Positions 1-10,300 of a stretch of DNA of 64,000 nucleotides are shown in pieces. Every line of letters starts with the position of its first letter. Positions within the stretch are counted from its first letter, which is position 1. Origin of the DNA: Euryarchaeota archaeon TMED117 (lineage in GTDB: Archaea > Thermoplasmatota > Poseidoniia > Poseidoniales > Poseidoniaceae); assembly GCA_002171315.2 (NCBI GenBank), contig NHFS02000013.1:1062-65061 (forward strand), read 5' to 3'. The notes under the pieces are model-generated. The model ran no database searches. It had not been told where the DNA came from and saw only the letters and a program-made list of their open reading frames with translations. The position numbers and the translations under genes are program-made.

Positions 1-1
1 C

Positions 2-3000
2 TTGTCTGAAGAACAAATCATTGACTTCTACACCGCTATCATCAAGATGGATGGATACGAAGTACAAGATTACGAAGGCGCTCCTGGCGAAACAATCACA
101 CGTAACCACGAAATTCGATATTTCGCTGTAGACGATAAACTGTATCCACGTGCTGGTCGATACAACTCCGATGCTGGCTACAATGGTGGGCGACCTCTCG
201 GTATCTTTGGCGCACCTACAATCCTTTCAGGACAAGATTTCAACACATTCACAAGTGAAGTGTACGAAACTGTTCGTGGCGATGAACCAATCCGTGAATT
301 ATCACGAGAAGAAGTAGATGCTGCAATGCTCAAGGATGTACTTGACCAACAGTCTGGTGCTGACATCGATCCGCTTCAGGTGGATGATATCAGAGTAGAT
401 CATCTACCAGAATTCTTTGACACAATGCTTGCCCGTTCCTATGTCGGTTACGGTGCATCAACGCTTGGTGCCGATGCTGGATCTACAAATCCACAGCCGA
501 AACAACAACTTCTATCCTCTGATGTAGGTACGAATTTCCTCCAACAAGCATACCCTCTTCCAGGTGCAATGATGAATCACTTTGTTATTGCAAACTGGTA
601 CAGTCCTAACGAAACATCAATCACGTTGAATCAAGCACGAACAGGTGTCGATATTTATGCAAATGCTGATGTTAAGATCATGAAGTACTATTCAGGTGCT
701 GAAATTGAAGGTACTGTGTACATGGAGGACGAAGAAATTGGTTTGCCAAATACCCGAATTCTAATCGAAAGAGATGCATTTTCTGGAGAGGATGCAATTG
801 ACGGTGATGACGATACCTACTGGATTCCAATTGGATTCACAGATACGGATGAGAACGGAGATTGGAGCTTTATTGCACCTGCTGGGCGAATTCGAGTAAG
901 TGCTTTTGCTGGTATTTATGATGATACTGAAGCGATTCAAACAGTTCAAACCGGTGAATACCAAAGTGGTCTCGGCGACTTGTTGACAGATGTTAACACT
1001 GAACGTGAGGTCTATGCGATTACCGCTATTCTCGGTCAAGTTGCAAACATGACTTGGCTAGGTGAATCCACACTCAACGTCACTGGAGCACAAGCTGATC
1101 GTTTAGAGGACGTTACTGAAGAGATGAACATTGAAGTCGAAGGTAGCGGTGTATCCGGTACTGTTGATTGGTCTGGATTCGGCGATTTCGCTGGAGAGCC
1201 TCTTGTTGAAACCGATTTCATTCTGAGAAACATTTGGTCTATGACAGAGAACTACACATTGACTACAACCAATGGTTCATTCGATAGTGAAGAATCTCGA
1301 GTTATACAAGGAACTGGTGAGGTAACCTTCTCTGATGTTGGTAGCTTCACAAGCGATGGTGTTGCACTTGCTTACAACTTCACAGGTAACTTTACTCGTG
1401 AAATTGGCGATAATCGTGTTTACTCTGGAAATGGAACATGGGTTGGAATAGGTACGCTTGAGGCTTCATGGTTAACGCATGATAATGCATCACTGCCTTG
1501 CGGTGAAAACGAAACCATGCCTGCCAATGCCTCGTTGTGTCTCCTCTCAACAGGTACTGAATTCTCAACATACCTCCTCGATGGGGAAGTTCAAGCGAAT
1601 GGACGATTGACATCACAAGGTGTCAGCAGCCTCAAGAAGGAACTTGTGGGTGAGACATTCGAAGGAACTGGATCATTCGATGGTATTGGTACACTCAACG
1701 GAACTGGTCTCTTCATAGGACCTGGATTCTTTAGTGGAGATCTCGTAAGTCCTGGTTCTTTCTACATGACTGGGATTTTGCCAGGAATATACAATATGAT
1801 TGCAGTTATGCCAAATGGCAGAGAAATCCTATTGCCTGATCCAGTTACTGTCGGTCTTGAACCAACATACGATCTTGCAATGACATTACCTGCATCACAG
1901 ATATCGGACACTCTGTTGACCATGGATGGAGATGTTCTTGCGTACCAAGAACTCGAACTAATCGATGTTGAACTCGGTGAGGAATCTCTGATTTCCTTGA
2001 CTTCTGGTGAAGATGGAAATGTATCATATGGTCCAATTACATCTGGATTCTACTATCTGAGAGTTGACCTTGATGAAGATGGTTTCTATGAAATGAATCA
2101 AACGATTCAAGTCTTTGACGACCCAATGAATATCACATTCGACCTTGGTGTTCCTCAGATGTATGACGTTACAATTACACTCAACGGTCCTGCTGGTTTC
2201 GATGTATCTAATCGAACTGTGAACTTGACAGATCCTCTTGGATTACTACCACTCGATATGGTATCTGACGAGAATGGAGTTGTTGTCATCGAGTTACCTA
2301 TTGGTGAATGGGAAGTTAGCGATAGTTCTGATGAAGATTACATTCTAATCGAAGAATTCTCTGTTGTCGATACAGATGTTACTCTTGACCTGACATACTC
2401 GACTTCAGTATGGGTCAATGGTTCAATCGATGCTCCGAACACAGCCGGATTTACTTACGAGGAATGGTTTGCTCTTCCTGATGAACAGAAATTGTATGAG
2501 AATGCAAGTTCCGTCCCTGTTCGTTTCCATGGAAACAATCTTGAGTTTACTGCTGTGACTGATCAATTCGGAGAATTCAGTCAACGACTTCCATCTGGAT
2601 TGACGTTCAACATTAACGCTGCGAGTTCGGTCTCTACATTCTCTGCTGGCGGTCTTGTGACAGTTGTTGAAGAGATGGCTCCACTCGATGCAATGATATT
2701 GGCACCAACAGTTGAGGTCATCGGAAATGTATACCTTTTCAATAACGAAACCCCATGGAATCAAGATATCCCTGAATTCGAACCTGTAGAAATTTATGCG
2801 ACTTCTGGAGACGGTGTTGTCTGGAAGACTCTTACAGATGTTTCTGGTGTGTTCCAAACTCAATTGTTGAATGGAACTTGGTCTTTCAGCATTCCTGAGG
2901 CAGCATACAATGCAGGAACAGTGACTGATTATTCAGTAATTGTCGCTGATGGAATGAACCCACAACCGGTTGAATTGATTACCAATCCAGCCAACAGTAC

Positions 3001-5944
3001 AGTCGTTCTCAACGTCTTCACCGACCTTGGCGACAGTGTGTTCGAGAACGGTACTGCGATTCGTCCAGATATACAATTGATCCCAGTATCACAGATTGGT
3101 GAGCAAGTTAACTTAACCTCCTCTGATTATTCAGAAGACGGTATTGTTGAAGCGGTTCTAAGTCCTGGTATCTATGCAATACAAACCAATCACCTTGATG
3201 CTGCGGATGAAAATGCTTCTGATGCTAGCTTAGAATTCAATGGAGTTCTCGATGTTATCGCTATTGGGCTTAATGGACCTGAAGATGCCATCGTTGTTCC
3301 AATCGTTGATGAATGGAGAGTTACAGGTAGCATATCTTGGATGAATGGATCTGCAATGGTCGAGAACATCCTCCTCGCATCCGCTGATGGAACAGGATAT
3401 GTTCCACTAAATGTTGATGAAAACGGAACCTTCGCTGAATATGTGCCTACAGGAGATTATGTTATCGTCGTGGCCCCTATGTTAAACGCTGATGGTATCA
3501 TGGAATCATTGCGAATGCCAATCACAGTCGATTCAGATTCTTCGCAGCGAATCGATCTCAACATGAGTATGATCGAAACCGTTGAGGTCTCACTCACACT
3601 CATGGAATCTGGAACCAATCAAACATTGATTGGAAAAGAAATCGTATTGGTAAGTCACGATGGATTCGGTAACATCACAATGAATCCAACCGATGCTGAT
3701 GGTAATGCTACACAAATGCTGATGCCTGGTACATGGAGTCTCTTCATGAACGAGACTGCTGCACAACGTGTTTGGTCACTCGACACTTCGAGTTCCCCTC
3801 AATCGTTTACTGAAAACACAAGCCTAGGAATGGTGTATGCCGATCTTGAAGTCGAAATTGGCGGAAAAGCATTCTGGGATGTTGATGAAGATGACATAGG
3901 AGATATTAATGAAGGCGTTGAAGGTGCGAATGTAACCATTCAAGGTGGAAGTCTTGATACAGTCATCCAAACCAATGAAAACGGTGTTTGGAGCCTCTAT
4001 GTACCAATTCTTGAAAATTACACAGTTTCTGTCGCAAAGGATGGATTTGGTGTTGTCAATTATGATGATAACAATTCAGGATTCTACGTCGTCGGAGGCG
4101 AGCCACTGTCACAAGATATTGAAATGGCTGCTGCGCAAGTGACCGTTACAGGAAGTGTCACTGATATCCTCGATTCTGATCGTCTTGATGGTGCAAGTAT
4201 TGTTCTTTACGGAACTGCGGAAAACCAAGAAGAAATGATTAACGTCACAGGTACCTATGCAGCGGACGAATTAACCTTCACTCAATCGCTCGAGCCAGGG
4301 CAATGGGTTGTTGTCGTATCTGAAGCAGATGCTCCGTTTAACGGCGGTGGAATTGCAATTGGTATTCTCGATGCAGCAGTACAAGATGGTGGTACAGTTG
4401 ACCTTGTTATGAGCAAGGGTGGTTGGATTGACGTCAATACTCAATTCACGTCATTCAGCTTGCAACCATTCAATGCAGGTACAGATAACGCTTCTTCCCC
4501 AGTTCAATCTGTTGTGGAAGTTGAAATCGATCTTGGTGAAGGACAAGTATGGAACATGCCTCTCAACTCAGATGGTACGCTTGAAGTCTTACTCCCTTCA
4601 GGTTCAGCATCTTTCTCTTCTGAATTCACAACAGTTCAAAGAGACCTGACAATGAACTACAGTTCAGGAGTCTCAATTGAGAATGGCGATGAAGGTCGAA
4701 CTTCGATTATGCTTTCATACAACAGAAAGACCAACAGTGATCTCACACTTGGCGTTAATAATGTCGTGAACGTAACTGGTCTTACAAACGAAAACAGAGA
4801 GATGACAGCCACAATTTTGACCGATGATGATGCGAACTACTCAACCATTGAATTTGATGTTCTCGCAACATACGAAGGAACAGAAATTATGGATACGTTC
4901 GCAGTTACCGGTACAGTAACTGTTTCACCTGACCAAGATGATTGGAGTCTTGAATTCTACAATGGCAGTGCATGGGTTGATTCAATTGACCTCTCACTCG
5001 GTATTGGTGATGTTGATGCAAATGCAACAATGAATGGGACAGTTCAAGCAAGAATCACTCTTCCATCGGTTGAAGATGCTTGGCATCTCGATAATGGACA
5101 CAGTTTGAATGTCCGCTTCATGGCAGATACTGGAGACATGACTGAAGTGTCCCTCAAGGTTGCAGTTCCGCAATACTTTGCATTCAATACAACGGATGTA
5201 AGTGAAACTGTTGGTGTATCGCCCGCTGGCTCGACTATTGCGGGATTAACGATCAATAACAACGGTAACGGCGATGATACGTTCACTTACGAAGTCCTTG
5301 ACAACCTTCCCGAAGGATGGACAGTCAGTCCGATGAATGATGCTACAACCATTGCAAAGGGTAACATGCGAGATTTGGCATTTACAGTTTCATCTGATGC
5401 AACTTTCGAAAGTGGTGAAGTACTCATGACCGTTCGAATTACCAGCGAAAACGGTGAATCCCAAGACGTTGAGATCACGATTGAATCCGCAAGAATTTCA
5501 TTATCATTCGACGATGATAAGACTCTGTCAAGAAGCAATAGCTTTGCTGACGTAGATCCGAACATTGTCGTGATTGTTATTGAAAACACTGGGCTACGTA
5601 CAGCTAGTGAAGTTACAGTCTTCCTAACCCCTTCAGGTGGACAAGAAGAAAACCGTACTCTACCTGTTCCTGCTCTTGGTTCACAAGACTTCGAGTTCTC
5701 ACTACCAGCAGCATCTCAAGGTATTGAGAGATATGATGTTCGAGTAGAAGTGAGCGGTGATGATGCAAACTTCACAACTGGCGAATTACCAAATGAGGAC
5801 TTCGGAATTGAATACATCGTTCAAGGTTCGGATGAGGAAGACAGTTCATTGATTCTCGTCGCAATTGTAGCGTTGATTATCATTATCCTTTACTTTGGTA
5901 TCAAGGCGGCACGATCACGCGGCGGCTCAGGCACTCGATTCTGA
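2..5944 (+). CDS. giant cell-surface protein (5' end cut by the window edge) with repeated beta-sandwich modules and a C-terminal TM anchor
   Basis: Uninterrupted 1980-codon ORF that is open at the window start; the M at nt 2 is a TTG chosen by the ORF caller. Segments such as GANVTIQGGSLDTVIQTNENGVWSLYVPILENYTVSVAKDGFG resemble carboxypeptidase-regulatory-like folds. INNNGNGDDTFTYEV and IENTGLRTASEVTVFL resemble CARDB-type domains. The protein ends in the hydrophobic helix LILVAIVALIIIILYFGI followed by the basic KAARSRGG. It contains many N-x-S/T sequons. Confidence 0.85.
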   Translation: MSEEQIIDFYTAIIKMDGYEVQDYEGAPGETITRNHEIRYFAVDDKLYPRAGRYNSDAGYNGGRPLGIFGAPTILSGQDFNTFTSEVYETVRGDEPIRELSREEVDAAMLKDVLDQQSGADIDPLQVDDIRVDHLPEFFDTMLARSYVGYGASTLGADAGSTNPQPKQQLLSSDVGTNFLQQAYPLPGAMMNHFVIANWYSPNETSITLNQARTGVDIYANADVKIMKYYSGAEIEGTVYMEDEEIGLPNTRILIERDAFSGEDAIDGDDDTYWIPIGFTDTDENGDWSFIAPAGRIRVSAFAGIYDDTEAIQTVQTGEYQSGLGDLLTDVNTEREVYAITAILGQVANMTWLGESTLNVTGAQADRLEDVTEEMNIEVEGSGVSGTVDWSGFGDFAGEPLVETDFILRNIWSMTENYTLTTTNGSFDSEESRVIQGTGEVTFSDVGSFTSDGVALAYNFTGNFTREIGDNRVYSGNGTWVGIGTLEASWLTHDNASLPCGENETMPANASLCLLSTGTEFSTYLLDGEVQANGRLTSQGVSSLKKELVGETFEGTGSFDGIGTLNGTGLFIGPGFFSGDLVSPGSFYMTGILPGIYNMIAVMPNGREILLPDPVTVGLEPTYDLAMTLPASQISDTLLTMDGDVLAYQELELIDVELGEESLISLTSGEDGNVSYGPITSGFYYLRVDLDEDGFYEMNQTIQVFDDPMNITFDLGVPQMYDVTITLNGPAGFDVSNRTVNLTDPLGLLPLDMVSDENGVVVIELPIGEWEVSDSSDEDYILIEEFSVVDTDVTLDLTYSTSVWVNGSIDAPNTAGFTYEEWFALPDEQKLYENASSVPVRFHGNNLEFTAVTDQFGEFSQRLPSGLTFNINAASSVSTFSAGGLVTVVEEMAPLDAMILAPTVEVIGNVYLFNNETPWNQDIPEFEPVEIYATSGDGVVWKTLTDVSGVFQTQLLNGTWSFSIPEAAYNAGTVTDYSVIVADGMNPQPVELITNPANSTVVLNVFTDLGDSVFENGTAIRPDIQLIPVSQIGEQVNLTSSDYSEDGIVEAVLSPGIYAIQTNHLDAADENASDASLEFNGVLDVIAIGLNGPEDAIVVPIVDEWRVTGSISWMNGSAMVENILLASADGTGYVPLNVDENGTFAEYVPTGDYVIVVAPMLNADGIMESLRMPITVDSDSSQRIDLNMSMIETVEVSLTLMESGTNQTLIGKEIVLVSHDGFGNITMNPTDADGNATQMLMPGTWSLFMNETAAQRVWSLDTSSSPQSFTENTSLGMVYADLEVEIGGKAFWDVDEDDIGDINEGVEGANVTIQGGSLDTVIQTNENGVWSLYVPILENYTVSVAKDGFGVVNYDDNNSGFYVVGGEPLSQDIEMAAAQVTVTGSVTDILDSDRLDGASIVLYGTAENQEEMINVTGTYAADELTFTQSLEPGQWVVVVSEADAPFNGGGIAIGILDAAVQDGGTVDLVMSKGGWIDVNTQFTSFSLQPFNAGTDNASSPVQSVVEVEIDLGEGQVWNMPLNSDGTLEVLLPSGSASFSSEFTTVQRDLTMNYSSGVSIENGDEGRTSIMLSYNRKTNSDLTLGVNNVVNVTGLTNENREMTATILTDDDANYSTIEFDVLATYEGTEIMDTFAVTGTVTVSPDQDDWSLEFYNGSAWVDSIDLSLGIGDVDANATMNGTVQARITLPSVEDAWHLDNGHSLNVRFMADTGDMTEVSLKVAVPQYFAFNTTDVSETVGVSPAGSTIAGLTINNNGNGDDTFTYEVLDNLPEGWTVSPMNDATTIAKGNMRDLAFTVSSDATFESGEVLMTVRITSENGESQDVEITIESARISLSFDDDKTLSRSNSFADVDPNIVVIVIENTGLRTASEVTVFLTPSGGQEENRTLPVPALGSQDFEFSLPAASQGIERYDVRVEVSGDDANFTTGELPNEDFGIEYIVQGSDEEDSSLILVAIVALIIIILYFGIKAARSRGGSGTRF

Positions 5945-5998
5945 TACGTAGGAAGACAAGGTTTGATACCATAAGAGCCCCACCTCGGTGGGAGGAAG

Positions 5999-7204
5999 AT
6001 GGAGGAACTTCAAGGATTAGAATTGCTCCCTGAACCAGGAGAGCCCAGAATTCTATCCGCGATTGACCCCAGTACTCGAGGTTTTCAAGATCAATGGAGG
6101 GCTGAAGTAACTGGATGGGCGCCTGTAATTCCGGAGCCAGTTTCAATCCGGCCAAGAAGAATGTTTTCCGTTATTTCTGGTACAGTCATTGCCTTAGTAA
6201 TGGCACTCATCGTAGTTCTCTGGCAATCGGACCTTCTTCTTTTGGAATTGCCTCCACCTTCATCGGAGTGGGCTTTCGAAAATACGAACATTCGAGACTT
6301 ACAACAAGACGGTCTGACTGGTGATGATGTAAGACTCTGCATGGTCGATACCGGAATTTCCCTTTCTCACTCCGCTCTTGCAGGAACTATGGTTGAGTTC
6401 AAGGACTTCGTAGGTAGCGAAGTGTCTCCAGTTGATTATGGTTCGATTTCACACGGTACACTCATGGCAGGTCTTCTGATTTCCTCAGGATATCAAGACG
6501 GTATTGCACAGGGGATTACCCTTGGAATGGCAGCAGCTCTAAGTGCAGATGGTGATGAAAATACAGGTTCTGAGTCAAGAGTCGCTTCTGCTATCAGGTG
6601 GTGTATTTTCGACTTTGAAGCAGATATTATCTCGCTTTCACTAGGAGGTGAACAAAATCAAGAAGCCTCACGAGAAGGCGCAACTGTTTCCGCTACTCGA
6701 CAAGCACTGGATCTTGGGATATACGTGATTGCAGCAGCAGGAAATGATGGAGGTTCATCAGACGATGGCTATGTTAGTGCTCCGGGCAACGTCAATCTAG
6801 CCATTACAGTTGGTGCATCTGATCGCTTCAATGAAGTATGGGCAAAATCTTCTGCAGGAGAGCAAGTTGATTCAGATGGCAACCTAAGGCAATACCCCAA
6901 CCAGAAGCCGGAATTAACTGCTCCAGGCGTTTCCATTGTATCGACTGGAATGAACGATGAATGGTATTCATCGAGTGGAACTTCTGATGCCACGGTATTC
7001 GTCGCAGGAGCTCTTGCATTAATTCTTGAAGAACATCCAGAATTAAAGCGAACAAATGAATCTGGAACCGATTGTATTGAACTCGTAAAATCATCTCTGG
7101 CCTCATCACTTTCGCCCGACATGACGCATGATACGCGCAAAGGATACGGCGTTCTCGATGCTAAAGCATGGATGGATTCTATTCCATCATCAATAGACTG
7201 CTGA
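5999..7204 (+). CDS. membrane-tethered subtilisin-like serine protease (peptidase S8)
   Basis: The catalytic triad contexts are CMVDTGIS (Asp), SHGTLMAGLL (His) and SSSGTSDATVFVAGALAL (Ser). There is an N-terminal hydrophobic segment VISGTVIALVMALIVVLW. The SD-like GGGAGGAAG lies directly before the ATG at 5999. An alternative start at M55 (nt 6161) is possible. Confidence 0.85.
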   Translation: MEELQGLELLPEPGEPRILSAIDPSTRGFQDQWRAEVTGWAPVIPEPVSIRPRRMFSVISGTVIALVMALIVVLWQSDLLLLELPPPSSEWAFENTNIRDLQQDGLTGDDVRLCMVDTGISLSHSALAGTMVEFKDFVGSEVSPVDYGSISHGTLMAGLLISSGYQDGIAQGITLGMAAALSADGDENTGSESRVASAIRWCIFDFEADIISLSLGGEQNQEASREGATVSATRQALDLGIYVIAAAGNDGGSSDDGYVSAPGNVNLAITVGASDRFNEVWAKSSAGEQVDSDGNLRQYPNQKPELTAPGVSIVSTGMNDEWYSSSGTSDATVFVAGALALILEEHPELKRTNESGTDCIELVKSSLASSLSPDMTHDTRKGYGVLDAKAWMDSIPSSIDC

Positions 7205-7385
7205 GCAAAAATGCCACCAGATGAGTAGTTTAATTCTGTTTCTAATAATGATATTATTATAGTAAAATGATATTATAGAGTGCCTATATTTGATACTTTT
7301 AGGTAATTTATGATATTTTAATGACAGTCGGCATGGGCGCAGTATTATATTCGTTCAGGTTCTCCGAAGGTTTAGAGGAATTGAA
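7205..7385 (+). promoter_or_regulatory. AT-rich intergenic/promoter region upstream of the beta-helix giant gene, with three ATGATATT copies
   Basis: This is the largest non-coding gap in the window and is strongly AT-rich. ATGATATT occurs at 7248-7255, 7267-7274 and 7310-7317. TATA-like stretches are CCTATATTTG and GTATTATATTC; the latter lies about 35 nt before the ATG. An SD-like AGAGGA lies 7-12 nt before the ATG at 7386. Confidence 0.4.
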
Positions 7386-10300
7386 ATGAGATTCACAAAT
7401 ACAGGAAAAAGTGTCGGTTTAGTAGGATTACTACTCACATCGTTATTGATGGGTCTTATGACCGTACCAGCAGTAAGTGCTGTAAACGAGACATCAAACG
7501 GAACGATCACTACAACTGAAACATGGAGTGGTACTCACACCGTCACAGGAGACGTGACCGTAGCAGAAGGTGCCAAACTTGTCATAAATGCTGGTACGAC
7601 TGTAAACATCAAAGCAGGTGCTTTCATTGAAGTTGAGGGAGCAATCTGTGCAGGTTCTGCCTCCTGTGGGGCTAGCCAAGCTAGTGCTTCCTCCCCAGTT
7701 CGTTTTAATTGGGCATCACCTGCTGACACATCTGTAGTTGGGCGATGCAGTGTTCAAGGAAATAATTTATTGAACAACCCTGATGCTGCATGCGGTTCGG
7801 GCGTCATCATTCGAAATACAATCAACCAGGCATCAACGGGTCTATCTTTCGTTCAATTTGACAAAGCCTACGGCACGCCGGTCTACGTAACTTCATTGCA
7901 GGTTTTCAAGTATGCTGCACTGATTTTTGACGGTTCATCTTTAACAGCAGATAACCTAGGCTTTTCTGATATCAATACGACAAACGTGATTGCAATTGAC
8001 CTCGCAGCACCATCAATACGAGACTCAACCTTCACTCTTGGAATTGATGGACTCGGGTACAATGGCCCCGGTGTTGAAGCATTTAGCGCAGGTGCTGGTA
8101 TCTTGTCCAAATTCAGTATTACTGGTTCAGAATTCACAGGTGACGCTGATGCTTCTTGCGAAGATGGAATAAGTTTGATTTATTCAGAGGATTCCTTCAT
8201 TGAACTAGATAATCTCGATATTAAGGATAATGCGCAAGGTGTGTTCCTTCGAGGATCGTCAGGCTCCTTTGGAAACTCAACACTTGACGTAAAATGCAAT
8301 GGTATTGACACCAATTCTCACAAGATGACTGGCGATTATTCACATACTCTTTATGTCGATAACAACCAAATCACAACTGGTGATGGTGCTGGAATTACTG
8401 CTTATGATGGTTCAATTATTTCTGCAACTGGTAATACGATTTCAGGAGCAGCACAAGGTTCCGGATTTGGTATTCGTGATTCGGCAGTAAGTGCACATCA
8501 GAACACCATTGGTCCAATCACTGGTTACAACGGCTTCTGGGTGTTCGGAAATTCTGACGTAGAAATCGAGAACAATACCGTTACTAATACCGCTAAGGAA
8601 CCAATTAAGGTTGGTGAATACCTCTACCAGGATAGCGGAAGTAACTACCCTAGTCCTTCACCAAATCGCGCATATATTGCAAACAACATCGTTGCGAATA
8701 ACACAGGTGTATGCAACTCTGTTTGGATGTATGGTGGCGATTTCCAATGCCCTGCAATTCACATCTTTATGGCATCTGCTACAATCGTAGGTAACACTGT
8801 CACTGGAAACGCAGGTGATGGGATTCGAATCAAGGGTTCAATTGTAAACGTTCAAGACAATATCATCGAAGCAGGACAGTTTGCTGCCAATATCAGCCAT
8901 TTTGATAACAAGTATGGATCTAAATTTGGTTCGATTGGATACTTTTCAGGTAACACTTGGACAAATGCCACACAAATTTACAACATTTCTGAATCAAGAG
9001 TAACCGTTCAGTCAGAATACATTCCAGATGCTCAAGGCGGATACACACACCCTGTAATGCTCTCATGGCAAGGTGCCGAGTGCCCTTATGTGCAATCTGA
9101 GTGTTTGTTACTCCCTGATACAAGCATTATGCCTCCTCGAGACATGCCGCTTGCAATTGAGTTGGTAAACAACTCGACAGTGTTCTCCTTTGCTGATTTA
9201 CAGAATTTTGATGCTACGAAAGTTCATGTTCAAAATCAGAACTCCGCTTGGGGTACTCAAGTTCGTGAGGGTGAACTTGTTCGGTATCAAGTGAAAGCAA
9301 AGAACAGCAACGTTGCAGGTGCAACAGTCATCATCAAAGACGCTACTGGTTTGCCTATCTATGAACTCACAACCGATGAATTTGGATTCACTCAACAAGT
9401 GTCTCTTCCATCCGACTTCTTACTGGATCGTAATTGGAATCACTTTGTAGGAGAATCTGATGTCACAATACCTGGTGCTCTCGATGATGATGGAAATCCA
9501 ATCGTCGTGACTGAAGATACTTGTTCTGACGGTTATGACAACGATGGTGATACCTATGTTGATGATGAAGATACAGACTGTGTAAACGGCAGAGAATTAC
9601 CATTCTATATTGTCGAAGCATACAAATTTAACAAAGGAAAGAAAGATTTCAACTTTGTTTTGAGTGGACCTGTTGACGATATTATCAATCTGGACAACCT
9701 CCGCCCAGGGGTAACAATTGAACAATACGACGGAGATTCGTTTGCGATCAATGCAGTCATTACTGGATCTGCTTGGGATGGACAACTCGGAGGTCAGACT
9801 GATTACCTCGCTTATCAACTTCAATTTGGTCTGGTTGATCGTGTTGAGATTCAACCACCAGGCAGTTCAGATTGGTACTATGCGGTTGATACATCTGGTG
9901 CTAATGGAGAGTTGACAAAAGAAAATCACCCATTCAAGTCTTGGTCATTCCAATGGGATCTATCAGCTCATCCTGAAGGAGAAAGCGATGTAACATTCAG
10001 AATCCGTTCATACGATGGTCTTGATTACTCTCCAGTTGAAGTACGAAAATTCAAACTCAACCTCGTACCTCCTACATTGTACCTCAACGAACCTCTTGAT
10101 GGTTCAACACACACGAACGGTAACATCCTCTTCACAGGAACTGCTTCTGACCCATATTCAGGTACTTGGGGATCCGATATCCAAGATGTCTGGTTTGATG
10201 TAACTGGACCGAATGGATACAGTTCTCACTTTGCAATTGACGGTTCAGTCGCATGGGCATATCAATGGAATTTCGATGAACTTGAATCTGGTGAATATCA

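Noticed and set aside
5979-5992. Small hairpin CCCAC-CTCG-GTGGG between the first giant gene and the S8 gene
   Set aside because: The stem is only 5 bp and there is no following T-tract. The 3' arm is part of the SD-like GGTGGGAGGAAG. This is too weak to call a terminator or riboregulator.
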